Shown in pieces: positions 12,767 through 26,119 of a stretch of 64,000 nt of DNA; position 1 is the stretch's first letter, and each line of letters starts with the position of its first letter. This stretch comes from Eledone cirrhosa (lineage: Eukaryota), in contig OZ024741.1 of the NCBI GenBank assembly GCA_964016885.1, positions 81,530,001 to 81,594,000 of the forward strand, in the 5' to 3' direction. The notes beneath the pieces were generated by a model. It saw only the letters and a program-made list of their open reading frames with translations, was not told the origin of the DNA and searched no databases. Position numbers and translations under genes: made by a program.

Positions 12767-14016
12767 AACTTAACTCACTTTCAGATACTTATCCTCCATA
12801 AACTCTTATTCTTCACTTTCCTTAAATTATCCTCTTTACAGACTTCTCTTTCTGATTTACTTTCATTTTAAACTTTATCTTTAATTTAATTTTTATTTTT
12901 ACTTCACATCCACCAGTAACCCCCCCCCCCCGCATACTTTTTGATTCACTTACCTAATATCTTCACATTCCACATTTTACTTCCCCATTTTCTTTCACTA
13001 CCTAATATCACTTGTCACTTGCGTTTTTCACTCCAGATGTATTCTGTTGTTTCGCAGCCGATTTTATATTTGTACTCATTTATTCATACGGCTGGTTTAT
13101 AATCTGTATCTATGTGTGTGAGTGTGCTTATGTGTGTATATATTCTGTATATGTATACGAACGCCTCCGTATGTGTGCGCGCGTATATATATGTGAGTGT
13201 ATGTGTGTTTTTATATCTATGTTTTTTACATACTTATTTATACGTGTGTGTGTATGCGGGTGAATGTATGTGTATGTGTATGTATATGTGTGTATATGTA
13301 TATGTATGTATGGGTGTGTATGTATATATGTATATATATAGTCGCGTACGTACGTGTGATTAGATATACATATGGCGATATATATATATATACGTGCCTC
13401 GTGTGTATGTATGTACGCATGCATGCGCTTTTGTTAGTACGTATTTGTGTGTATAAATATTTGTTTATATATATATGTGTATGTACGTGCGTACCTATGT
13501 TTGTTTTCTTTTCTCTAGTGTTAATTGATTACTTTCTCTTTGATTTAAAATTTTTTTTTCATTCTCATATATTGTTTCATTTTTATACATATATCGAGAA
13601 TGACACTTCTTTTTACTATTACACTCCCTTCCCTCTTTATCTTCCGCATATAAGTGATCGTGCGTGTGTGTGTGTTTATACGCGTGCTTTCATACTCGTA
13701 TGTGTATTTAATACCTGTATCTGGATGCGTGTCAACTATATTATCATACAATTTCTTTTTCAACTCATATTATATACATATTTGTGGTCACATATACACA
13801 AATATACTTGCCCTCATATATGTACTTACGCACACATTTTCACCATACACATGCATTTGTACATACAAACATATGTACATTTGTGAGTGTATATACATAC
13901 ATATACACATACCCTAACTATATTTCCTTATTTTTTTATATATCTCTTGCATTACTTTTATTTATATATTTTTTGCATTTCTTGAGGAGACTTTTCAAAT
14001 ATTTCACTATGTTTTA

Positions 14017-14094
14017 AATTGCCTTGTCCGACGAACGAATGAGGACGTTTTTCGTATTCGTCTTATTCGGGAAACCTCTGGTAATCAGGTAATT
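14017..14094 (+). ncRNA. Type I hammerhead ribozyme with U4C core variant, at the 3' end of a long low-complexity element
   Basis: AAUUGCCUUGU-CCGACGA-A-CGAAUGAGGACG...CGUCUUAUUCG-G-GAAA-CCucuGG-UA-AUCAGGUAAUU; stem I pairs 10 of 11. Confidence 0.72.
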
Positions 14095-14188
14095 ATATTG
14101 TATTGTTTATTATACATTAAATTGTTCTCTGGTACTTACATAGAGCATTCTTCACTCCTATGACTTTTTCAGTTTTTAACGGAAACTT

Positions 14189-14190
<2 letters not shown>

Positions 14191-14284
<94 letters not shown>

Positions 14285-14319
14285 ATATGTATATATACGG
14301 ATATAGAAGGAGAGAGAGA

Positions 14320-14410
<91 letters not shown>
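14191..14410. repeat. (TA)n then (GA)n microsatellites
   Basis: Direct reading. Confidence 0.95.
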
Positions 14411-14415
<5 letters not shown>

Positions 14416-15111
14416 GTACAGACAGATAAATGGGTTGCGAGACAGATAGACAACTGGACAGAAGAAGGTAGAAAGAGAACTCAGATAAGTAGATAGATGA
14501 TAGATGATAAATATAGATATAGGAGGCCTAATTCTCCATCTCCAAAAACTCATCAAAAATAAAAAAAAGAACTTGTGATTTCTTAGTTTCCCATCAGAAA
14601 GGAGGAATACTTGGATTGAATTGAGTTATTATTATGCATCAGTAAAATAGCTTAAAAAGTTTTCAGACTAAACAGAAAAAGAAAGAGAAGAATATAGGAG
14701 GTTAAGGGATAATGAACCTTAGGGGAAAACCATTTTTAAAAAGCGCATTTATTAAGAAAATAGATTATTATTTGTTTGCTTTTCATACATTTTTTTTTAT
14801 TTTATTGTTTTTGTTGTATTTTCTTTTATTTCCTTCATTTTGTTCGTTTATTGGTGTTTCTCAATGATTCAATAGTCTATGACTGACGTGAGCAGTGAGG
14901 TTTTATTGTTTCAGGCTCTAAGTTATAGTAAAACTGTAATAAATATAATATATAAATAGATTGACTTTTAAACTTTTCATCCTTGTGTGTTGTTCTGTTG
15001 ATGAAATGCATGTAGATGATTATGCGGTATACGTATACGTATGGGTCTGTATATGTAAATATATAACTATATATATACACACAGATTCACACAAATATGT
15101 GTATGTATATA

Positions 15112-15193
<82 letters not shown>

Positions 15194-15304
15194 CAGTCGA
15201 TCGTCAAGATCCCAGATCTCACGAGTAGGGAGGAGCTCGTCAAATCGGACCGAGGAAACAATGTTTCCGTTGGTCTTTCCAATTGTTAATACTATCTGTC
15301 AGTG

Positions 15305-15410
15305 GCAATTCCAGAAGAAGCAATGTGAAATAAAGTGTCTTGCTCAAGGATATAACGCAACCTCCCGATTGCGAATCCAATTCTCTAATTACTCAGCCAC
15401 GTGCCTTCAC
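15305..15410 (-). mobile_element. tRNA-derived SINE family B, 5' part (CORE-like)
   Basis: gtgaaataaagtgtcttgctcaagga...actcagccacgtgccttcac is reverse complement of the head of 26120-26370. Confidence 0.7.
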
Positions 15411-15471
15411 ACACGCACGCACACCCGCGCGCGCGCGCGCGCTCACGCACACACACACGCACACACACACG

Positions 15472-15581
<110 letters not shown>

Positions 15582-15889
15582 CATACAGAGAGAGAGAGGG
15601 GGGGAGGTCGAATGTGTGTGTGACTTAAGACTCCCTAGAAATTGATTTACGTCGTTATATGCAACTGTCCAACTAGAGGCCTGGCCCTAATGTTTGTATC
15701 AAATTGAAATATGTTAAAGTCCATCAAGGACCATGTGTTGGCTTTAAACTGGACTGCAGATTATGACTAATTACTTCCATGTTCTCGTTATGGCGCACCG
15801 TGGCCAATAAATGGTTTTATACTGGGCCACAAATTAAGACTAATTATTTAGCTCCTCGTTTTTCTTATGTAACATCGAAGTCATTAAAG

Positions 15890-16100
15890 ACAAGATGGTT
15901 GTTTTAAACTGGATAACAGATTATGTCTAACATCGTGCAATGAGAGATCACCAACCAGTACTTTTGAACTTCCTTCCAGATCAGGCTCATATTTTCCAGG
16001 TCCTTTGCCACGGTCCTCGACCAGGTTTGAATAGTCTGCCTCGTTTTCTACCAGCAACAAGAGGAGAAGTAGTTCAGTCAAACCTGGAAGAGCCATAGAT
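15890..16100 (-). mobile_element. Decayed RTE LINE ORF C-terminus
   Basis: Minus-strand frames read GRKRGR.. then TWSRTVAKDLENMSLIWKEVQK, similar to RTE ends. Confidence 0.5.
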
Positions 16101-17224
16101 TAAGTCGAGCTTCCAAAATATAAGAATGTTAAAAGCTGGAGAAAATACCCATAAGCATCTTATTCGACATTTTAAGAATTCCGACAGTCCAACACTCTGG
16201 AAAAGTATAATATTTTAACGGCCACGAAAGGATAAAAAGCAAAGTTGACACCGCCAGGATCTAAAATGCCAACGCAAAGAACAATAACGAAATAACGAAC
16301 ATCGCGAATAATATCACCTGACGCTTTAACGACTAAACCAATTCAATGTCTTGCATTAATTTTATTTACTCCGAAAAATGAAAGGCAAAGCTAACATTGA
16401 CAGGATTTTAAACCAGAGTGCAGAGAACCGAAATAAATATCGCAAGTCATATTATCCCCATGATCACACGACAATTTGTTACTGTTTCATATATCTAGAA
16501 TCATGTCACTCATAAGCGCCCTGAACCTTTTACAATATATTGGATTAGATATGCAATATTGTATTAAAATAAAACCCCAATTTTTGACGCGTACATTGAA
16601 GCAATTCCAAATTAATAGTTTGGGTGTTGAACTCACGATCATAATGACGTGGGTTCCATTCCTGGACGGGGCATTGTTTTCTTTAGAAAAATACTACATT
16701 CCACGCTGGTCTTTGTGCTAGGAGTTCCAACCGGCAGATGGTATCAGCAATGGAAGTACCAATGGAAATACATTGTTTCTTTGGTTAGTTTTGTCTGACA
16801 AAAAAAATCACATTAAGTAATAAAAATGTTATCTCAATTTATGTTTTTTCGTGTGTATTTTTGTTCATAATAAATTACGTGGCTCCAATAGTCACAATTA
16901 TTATTTTAAAGCTAAAAATGGCTCTTCAGTTTGAAAAGGTTTCCCACCCTTGATCTAAGGTGAATGAAAGCTGTAAAGGAATTTTTACAATGGACAAAAA
17001 TATTTAAAGAATTTGTTCTAAGATGGCTTAATTTTTTTTATGTCAATAAATATTGGAGATATAAATAACTATGTACTGTTAAATGCTGTTTGATTCTATT
17101 GTTATGTTTCTGTTTAGTTGTTGGTGTAGTGTTTATTGAGAATTATGTCTTGTAGTTAGATATTTCGAGTCTTTGAAGGTCATGGTATTTTCATTTTTAA
17201 GTTTCGTTGAACCCGTACAGTTCA

Positions 17225-17479
17225 GATATAGGTTATCACAGGTCGGATACAGAATAGAATTGTAGATCCACACACACACACGTACACGCACACACACACA
17301 CACAGATATATATATATATACATAGATACATACCCATATATACATATATACATATATACATGTGTGCGTGTATGTGTTTATATAATGTATGTGATGTAGC
17401 ACATATATAGGCACACACACACGCACATACACAAATACGCACATGCACACACACACGCACACACACAGATACGCACATG

Positions 17480-17511
<32 letters not shown>

Positions 17512-17568
17512 CTCACAGTTATAAATACTATGAAACGCAACCCAAACCCTAGCATACATATGCACACG

Positions 17569-17608
<40 letters not shown>

Positions 17609-17752
17609 CACACGCACGCACACACACACACACACACACATGTGTGTGTGTGTGTATATATATATTCATGTGTGTGTGTGTGTGTATGCGTGTACGCGTG
17701 TGTGTGTGTGGATCTACAATTATATTCTGTATCCGACTTGTGATAACCTATA
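17225..17752. repeat. ~70-bp inverted repeat pair (17225-17295 and 17685-17752) around CA/TG microsatellite
   Basis: tataggttatcacaggtcggatacagaatagaattgtagatccacac vs gtgtggatctacaattatattctgtatccgacttgtgataacctata. Confidence 0.85.
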
Positions 17753-18069
17753 TATATATGTGTGTGTGTGTGTGAGGATGTGTGTATACATATATATGTG
17801 TGTGTGTATGTTTGTGTGTGTGTGTGTGTGTTCACAAGTAAACATGAATGTACGCATATACGCATACATTCCCGGAAATCCATACTACCACATCTGCGAC
17901 ATTATATTATTTAATACCCATAGACCGAATGGCAACATTCTGCATTATATATTTGAAGCTTATGTGTTTCCCTATAAAGGTATTTTCTCTAAATTCTAAG
18001 TACTAAGCCTGGTTTTATATTCTATATTTCATGTTCCCTATATGTATGCTCATGAGTACACATATGTGC

Positions 18070-18186
<117 letters not shown>

Positions 18187-18196
18187 TGTATATATA

Positions 18197-18269
18197 AGCC
18201 GGTAAAGGAAATAAATAAATATTCTTAAAAAAACTTCAGTTGCATTTTCGATTTCTTTTCCTTATTTCA

Positions 18270-18347
<78 letters not shown>

Positions 18348-18383
18348 CATGTATATATATATATATATATATATGTATATGTA

Positions 18384-18468
<85 letters not shown>

Positions 18469-18474
18469 ATATAT

Positions 18475-18557
<83 letters not shown>

Positions 18558-18621
18558 AAAAGAAATCGAAAATGCAACTGGAGTCTTTTTAAGAATATTT
18601 ATTTATTTCCTTTACCGGCTT
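18197..18621. repeat. ~70-bp inverted repeat pair (18197-18265 and 18552-18621) around (TA)n
   Basis: agccggtaaaggaaataaataaatattctt...tgcattttcgatttcttttcctta and its reverse complement. Confidence 0.88.
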
Positions 18622-18827
18622 CACAGTTCTTATGCTTTTCAAAGGCAAAATTAAACTCTCTCTCTCTCCCTTTGTAAAGATGCGCGCGCAAATACACACA
18701 TACACACACATACACACACATATGTATGGCTGTGTGTGTGTGGGGTTGCGTGTGTGTTAGAGTGTTTGCCGTGCGAAAGCGGAATTATCACAAACCATAG
18801 TGATATACAAAGTGGGTTATATAATAC

Positions 18828-18858
<31 letters not shown>

Positions 18859-18927
18859 TGTATGTATGTATGTATGTATGTATGTATGTATGTATGCATG
18901 CATGTATGTATGCATATATATATATGT

Positions 18928-19070
18928 GTAAAAGGTAAACAGAAATAACACAATCGGTACAGTATATAGAAGGAATATATTAGGTTAATGCTTGAAATAG
19001 CAGGAAGAGGGTCTTAACGTTTCGGACGGTAGACCTTCATCAGGAGAAAGAATTAGAAATAAGATAGATT
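18928..19070 (-). mobile_element. PLE pseudo-LTR-like end with minimal HHR (19012-19047); relatives at 35652-35815 and about 31990-32130
   Basis: Shared gtaaaaggta.acagaaata...aaatagcaggaagag.gtctta.cgtttcggac...cttcatcag; minus strand CUGAUGA..GG..CC-GAAACGU. Confidence 0.65.
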
Positions 19071-19192
19071 GAAGGGACGGGTAGGTTGGAATTGGAAAAA
19101 TGTGTTTAGATAAAAATAACAGGTCCATTCATCTTGACACATCTTGGAAAAACTGTTGATGCTGGCGTTTTGTGTTATGATTTGTTCTTTTA

Positions 19193-19275
<83 letters not shown>

Positions 19276-19397
19276 GGAGGTGAGTTTTACTGTAGTACAA
19301 TAAAGCAATGCAGATATCGGATAAGAAGCACTCTACAGTTTGTAGGACTGGAGTATACATAATATATAAGATCAAAAGATGGTTAAAGGAGTTCCAT

Positions 19398-19467
19398 GTA
19401 TTTTATTATGCGCATTTCAAAAACAAACATCATCATGCAAATATTTGTGTTTTCATCAGATAAAACA
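19398..19467 (-). ncRNA. Type I hammerhead ribozyme in 3' pseudo-LTR
   Basis: GUUUUAU-CUGAUGA-AAACACAAAUAU...AUGUUUGUUUUU-GAAA-UGCGCA-UA-AUAAAAU. Confidence 0.82.
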
Positions 19468-21033
19468 GGAGGACATGATATGAAGGCTAAAAAACACTTG
19501 TGGATAGTGCAGTTTTAAATCAACATATGAAAAGTAATTTTAGATTGATGTGTGATATTGGGAAAAATATTTTATTTAGAGAGGGGGGTGGGGTGGAAAG
19601 GATGAAAAAAAGGGGAGGAGATGAGAGTGAAGGTGGAGAGGGAGAGATGGGTGATAGAGAGAAAGAGATAGTTTTTATAACTGAGAAAAGATATATTGTT
19701 TTACATAGAGAGGTTGAAAACCGTTGGAAGATAATGTATAAATTAAAAGAATTTGAAAATTAACGAAGGGAAAAATATGTACGAAGAAGGAGAGGGAGTT
19801 AATATGTACTGAGATTAAAAAGTTTGATGATAGAGAGAAAAGAATAATGGATTGCGGATGAATATTCTAACGTCAAAAAAAAATGTGTGTATGTTTACAA
19901 GTATTATGGAAATTTGAAAATTAACGAAGAGAAAAATTATTAAGGTTTGTGTATTGAAGGATTTGAGAAAAATAATGTGAAGTTAAGGTTTGTATATTGA
20001 AGGAATTGATAATATGTGCGAACAAAGAGTTAATATGTATTAAGAATGAGTTAGATGATGGGGAGAAAAAAATAATAAATTAAGGATGAATAATCTGGCG
20101 TCAAAACAAATGTATATGTTACGAAGGATTTTACAAGGCGAAGATAGAGTGAGGGTAATGAGTAAACAAGTATTATAGAGTGTATAATACCCTTTGAAGT
20201 AAGGTAGGAAGATGGGTATATTTTAAAATAGGTGTATGTATATGTGCCTTTGAGAAAAGATTCTAAATTGATAAAGAATTGAATATTAGCTGTATACTTT
20301 GTGAAATGTCTTATGGAATTTATGCAAGCAGATAGAAAACAAATCTGTACGTCTATTTATTATAGAATCTAGATTAGAGATAATGGTAAATTTTTCATTT
20401 AGGCAGAGATTACAGATTTTAGATAGAGAGCTGTTCAAGGTTGAAGACGCAGAAGAAACCGTCTTCCAAAAGATGGTATATTTAATGTTTTTGTCTTTCA
20501 AGGACCATATGAGTTCTGAGAGAGCCATGTTGGTTCTTTTAAGTTTGTATTTAAAAGATGAATGATGATTATAGAGACGAGCTTTAAAAGAGGTGGAAGT
20601 GGAGCCAAAATAGGTGAAGGAATTGGTGCTAGTTATAACTTTCCATTCATAAATTAAGTTTTTATCAAGACAATGGTTGTTGAGAGAACATTTATTTTTA
20701 ATAGGGCAGTTGCAATTAGAGAGATTATTAATGAGTGACCTAGTGTTATCTATAGAAGGAATTGGATTGGAGAAGTTGTTTGCGATAGGAATAATAGTTT
20801 CTTGATTTAGAGTTGGATTATGAACATTTAGCGAAGTTGTGTTTGACATTGTATTTGGGTTTACAGAAATTAGCCTAGGGTTTACAATGACGTCGGGAGT
20901 ACTATTACTGTTATTATGAAATAAATAAAAATATTTTTCCCAATATCACACATCAATCTAAAATTACTTTTCATATGTTGATTTAAAACTGCACTATCCA
21001 CAAGTGTTTTTTAGCCTTCATATCATGTCCTCC

Positions 21034-21105
21034 TGTTTTATCTGATGAAAACACAAATATTATTGCATGATGATGTTTGTTTTTGAAATGCGCATAATAA
21101 AATAC
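21034..21105 (+). ncRNA. Type I hammerhead ribozyme in inverted 5' pseudo-LTR
   Basis: gttttat-ctgatga-aaacacaaatattat tgc atgatgatgtttgttttt-gaaa-tgcgca-ta-ataaaat; palindromic stem III. Confidence 0.82.
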
Positions 21106-21228
21106 ATGGAACTCCTTTAACCATCTTTTGATCTTATATTATGTATACACCAGTCCTACAAACTGTAGAGTGCTTCTTATCCGATATCTGCATTGCTTTA
21201 TTGTACTACAATAAAACTCACCTCCTAC

Positions 21229-21351
<123 letters not shown>

Positions 21352-21354
21352 TAA

Positions 21355-21753
21355 ATATACACGGGTGTGTATGATTGTGTATAGAAGATTATATTAATAA
21401 AAGGAATTCCAACTTTGTTTGATTTACTCGTTTTATTTACACTCCTTTAAAATTTATAATGGTATTAGAATGAAATAGTATGGTAGAATATTAAATGTTA
21501 AGTGTTAATTGAACAAGTACTTTCATGCTTTCGCAATCTTCAGGTTCATAATGTGTGGTGACAGTCAATTTTGCAATTAAATTGCAAACTTCACTGTCAC
21601 CACAGAATATGGTGGGTCCTGAATTAGCCGTCGAAACGGCTTGAGCTCAGCCGTCGGGGTCTTACTGGTTCCTATTACCCACTCTATTACCCTAAGTATT
21701 GAGTACTTTGGTGCGTTATGGTCCACCTGGTTCCTTACCACATTTCCTTCGTT
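21355..21753 (-). mobile_element. ~400-bp non-coding, hairpin-rich HHR element (retrozyme-like), microsatellite flanked
   Basis: Contains an HHR, a 50-nt palindrome at 21554-21604 and an AGCCGT-cgaa-ACGGCT hairpin; relative at 720-877; no ORF. Confidence 0.65.
21510..21548 (-). ncRNA. Minimal type I hammerhead ribozyme
   Basis: UGAAC-CUGAAGA-U-UGCgaaaGCA-U-GAAA-GUAC-UU-GUUCA; stem I 5 of 5, GAAA tetraloop stem II, palindromic stem III. Confidence 0.82.
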
Positions 21754-21789
21754 ATATATATATATATATATATGCGCACCACCTCACAG

Positions 21790-23530
21790 TCTGTGGCCTA
21801 CTCCAATGCCACGGAACACCCGCCACCCTCCTCAGGGTCGAACAACGCATCATCTTCACCCTACAGACCCACACTCCACCCGGCCTGAACTCCCCACCCC
21901 TATTCCTTTAGGCTTCGACCGCCCTGTTCCCCCCTCCCCCATACGCATATCCCCCACTAACAACACTAACACACACCTCCTTTTCACCGCCCACCCCACA
22001 ACTAACAATACCCCCCCCGGACCACCCTCCCCCAACTAACAATACTAACATCCTTCCCCTCCTCCTCCCCTATCACGCACACACTAACCGGTATATATAT
22101 ACACGCACTCACACTATCCACACAAACCTACTACCACCACTAACCCTCACCCACACATCCACTCCCACCACCCCACAAGTAATACCACTAACATCCCCCC
22201 GACCCCCCGACCCCACGCACACGAACACACACACCCACGCACACCCACTTACACCACCCACTCTACATACCCTACCACCACTGACCCCCACTAACACACC
22301 CGCATTCAACCCTTTCCCCACCACCAGTATACTAACACCCACTCATCCAAACACGCACACACACACCAGTACACTATACTCCCTCCACCGCCCCCACACC
22401 TTTCTCTCCATCTCTCCGGTCCACCCAACCCCTTCCCATACACACTCACACACATCCCACTAACACCTCTACTAATACCTCTACTTCCCCGCACGAGTCC
22501 CTCCCCACTCCACCTTTCACACCTACCCATCCTCTCCCCTGTCCACCGCACCTCCGCAAACACTGACACACCGACTTTCTCCACTTTCTCCACCTGCCAT
22601 TCTCCCCTACTGCTGCTATGCCCTGACCCTCTGACCACTTCTCCGCACACACAGACACACAGCCCTCTCCACCTGTCCTTCTCCTCTACCCTCCTCCCGC
22701 CTTGACTCTCTGACCACTTCCTGTTGCGCGCGCAACCCACAACTCCCCTCTTCCGACCAACCCAACCACGGATTACACACATTGGACATTGCTCCCACCA
22801 ATCAACTCCATCACAAGGAAAATATCCGGCATCCCACCACACCCTCTACGGAAATACCTTAGGAACTTACCCACGGACATACACTCACAAACATTTTTTT
22901 TCCCACACGCTACCTACATCCACAATACGTATAAACACCACACATACGTGCGTACCCCCACATGTTTACACACTCAGCCTCCGGAATCCTCTCCCCTCTT
23001 CCCCACCCCTCTGACCCCCTCCCCATCCACACGCGCACACACACACACCGACCTACACCCCACCCCATAACACCTTTTCCTGAACATGGAACCTCGTTCT
23101 TCCCCCAACTTTCATATTCACATACACACACACACACACACACACACGTACACCTACGCACACACACCACCTTCAGCCCTCCCCGCTCGGACACTCCGCC
23201 TACCTCTCCCCATTCCACCCGCCACCAGCCCTACACTCCCCACACCCTTCCACCACTTGTTTATCTTCATGTTTATTTTTATTTTTATTATTTTTTTATA
23301 TTTATTTTCATTTGTACCCCTTTCACCGTTTCCTCACCCCCTTTTTCTAAATGTCTATCTCCCACTCCCCTACACACCCTTGGAACTCTCTTCCCACACA
23401 CTTTTCGCCTGAAGAAGGGCTTATGCCCGAAACGTCGCCCCCCCCCCCCCACACACACTTTCAAGAGCGTGAAACTAATAAACCTTTGTTCGTACAGCCT
23501 CTCTGTTTTGTTCCCGTTCCATTTTTCACT
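21790..23530 (+). mobile_element. Strongly C/A-skewed decayed retroelement 3' part ending in an HHR motif
   Basis: G-poor strand; weak LINE-like C-terminus (…HSQTFFFPHATYIHN); HHR at 23406-23438; ends in (TA)n. Confidence 0.4.
23406..23438 (+). ncRNA. Minimal hammerhead motif with short stem I
   Basis: CGC-CUGAAGA-A-GGGCuuauGCCC-GAAA-CG-UC-GC. Confidence 0.65.
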
Positions 23531-23610
23531 ATATATATATAGATAGATAGAGAGAGAGAGTGATATGTAAAATCCCAACCGCGGCGCCAAGGTTTATTAT
23601 TGTTATTATT

Positions 23611-23800
23611 GGTGGTTTGGTTGTATCGGTACAGGGTCGGACGGCATGCTTTCCAGCATTGAGTTGCGTCCCTTTATGATCTGAGTTCATATCCCGCCGA
23701 GGTTAGCTTTGCCTTTCATCCTTACGGGGTCAATAAAATAAAGTACCAGTAATGCACTGCGATAATTGCTGGCCTTGTGCCAAAAGTAGAAACAATTATT
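23611..23800 (+). mobile_element. tRNA-derived SINE family A
   Basis: gtatcggtacagggtcggacggcatgc...ctgagttcatatcccgccgagg...gtaccagt...ggccttgtgcc. Confidence 0.85.
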
Positions 23801-23922
23801 ATTAAATCCGATACTACAACGAAGACATAACACGGAAAAACGCAGGAGCACGTTTTCTTTTAGCGAAATCAACTTATTCAAACTGAATGCTCTACACCTT
23901 GAATATCGTTAGCAAACCAGTT

Positions 23923-23965
23923 CTACTACTACTACTAGTACTACTAGTACTACTACTACTACTAT

Positions 23966-24038
<73 letters not shown>
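23923..24038. repeat. (CTA)n microsatellite
   Basis: Direct reading. Confidence 0.95.
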
Positions 24039-24041
<3 letters not shown>

Positions 24042-24107
24042 CTCTCTCTCTCAATATATATATATATATATATATGCACACACACACACACACCCATATA
24101 TATATAT

Positions 24108-24733
24108 ATGGTGGCTGCCAATTCGTTTTCGAGTACGGCCACTACTTTATATCCATGTAGGAGAACCCCTACCGATGCACCGAACGAGTGCGACTTCTTA
24201 GTCCAGCCAACGACTTGAAAACTCTGGCACAAACACTGCACCTGTGACAATTATTGACACATAGTGCTGGGCCCATGGCACCATGTGACGACAAATGCAG
24301 AGAGATCTCCAGATATAAAGCAATGCCTGTGCCGTGAAGCTTTTATAGTGAGCAAAGGCACTGCACAAAGCCAGTCCCACTCTCTTAACCAAGATGATAT
24401 TTACCAAAAAGAAGAACAAGTCAACATCATTGGATACCATCAGGGTTGTAGGTGTTATATCAGAGTTTGTATGTAAGGTCACCAGTTGGTGCTACTGGTA
24501 ACATGTATCCCAGTACAACCTGTCTCATGGTCGGGTCGTTGGCGACTAAACTGGCAACCCCACCAAGGTGTCTTGGTGAGGAGGGTGACTTTGGACATCC
24601 TGCAGGACTAAAAACAAAACCTGTCAAAGGGCAAAGGAGCTCTTAAGAGTCAATGGCCATCCAAAATCACCGGGAGAGATGACCCCTTAGCCTTTGTCAA
24701 GGCAGAATTCTAGGAGAAGGAAAACTCTGATAT
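24108..24733 (-). mobile_element. Non-autonomous RTE-dependent element (same family as 37501-38149) with its 5' ~255 bp inverted
   Basis: 24108-24468 is reverse complement of about 37748-38108; 24476-24733 is direct copy of about 37502-37759. Confidence 0.9.
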
Positions 24734-24745
24734 ATATATATATAT

Positions 24746-24837
<92 letters not shown>

Positions 24838-25059
24838 GGTGTGTGTGTATGTATGACTCCGCCAGGAGTGCGTACTTACCTTCTTCAGTTCATATGTTTG
24901 ATATATTTATTTGCAGTTCCAGCTTTTGATTATAACTTCAATGTGTTGAACTGGAATATCAGGTAAATAAAGAGAATTTACACAAACGTTCGTAAGTTGC
25001 TGACATGTAATAAGACGCACCACGTAAAGGCAGATGTTCTTTTTTATCTTCCCAGAACT

Positions 25060-26010
25060 TAAGGAGGCAGAGGCTTGACCCTTACAAAGCCACCACAAGT
25101 GTACTGGCCCAAATATCTTGAAGCATTAAATGACCGGATGCTGAAACCCGTTGAAAATCACGAGAGGAGGCTCTGTAACTCATAGCTAAAGGCAGTGAGT
25201 CAAGTCAAATATGATGAGAAATGGAGTAGATCTGCAATGATAAGATTGAAACAGTGAACCACTTAATCTCTGGATGTAAAGTTTTAGCACTAGTAGAGTA
25301 TAAATTAGGTCATGCCAGAGTTGACCAATATCTACACTGGTTAATATGTCGGCATTATAAAATCAAAACTGCAGAAAAATGGTACAAACGTTACCCGGAA
25401 ACCGAACCATCAAAGCTAACAGACCTTATATTATTGTAAAAGACCAAAATAACAAAGTATGTATATTGATTAATATGAGTATCCCATGTGATCCTAATAT
25501 TGCAGCAAAAGAATTTGACACTCAGAAAATATAAAGACTTGCGGATTGACATTGATAAAATGTGGCATCTCAAGGTGATTACAATACCAGTGATTATAGG
25601 GTAAAAAAAGGAATAGGAAATTATATTAGAATGTTCCCTGTCTTACTATTACTGCAATAAGTGCAAAAGATTGTTTTAACTGGTGCGGCACCCGTATAGA
25701 GAAGGGCACTATCGCTTTGAGAAAGATAATTATCAATGTAATTTTTTTACATACTTTATTTGATTATATTCAATAAACGTGCAAGTTGTAAATAATCGAG
25801 CATTCTTATATGATTGATTATCATCCTGTTGTAAATATGAATTTAAAAAGATAATGTGCACGCGTATGAATTAAATGATGTACTTGTAACTGTGTAAAGT
25901 ACGTGACATTTATTTTGTGGTTTATCAATGTATGCACAGAACTTCTCTGCCCTAGGTGTCGGGAAGAAATGGAAACAAAACTGAAGGAAGGGGAAGAACA
26001 GAAACAACAA
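25060..26010 (+). mobile_element. Decayed 3' part of an R4/Dong-like non-LTR element, ending in a TAA-like tail
   Basis: CR.C...ETVNHLISGC...YKLGHARV..YLHWLIC, followed by DLIL...ILINMSIPCD (restriction-like endonuclease). Confidence 0.7.
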
Positions 26011-26119
26011 TAATGATAATAATAGTGGTTTCTTTATTAGCCACTCAGGGCTGACATTAAGCCGAAGAAGTGTGTCTATGAGTATATGTATGTATTGTGT
26101 ACTTATGTACTTATGGACG

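Noticed and set aside
21620-21665. Twister or HDV-like ribozyme in the agccgtcgaaacggct module
   Set aside because: Could not map the required pseudoknots or conserved residues by eye
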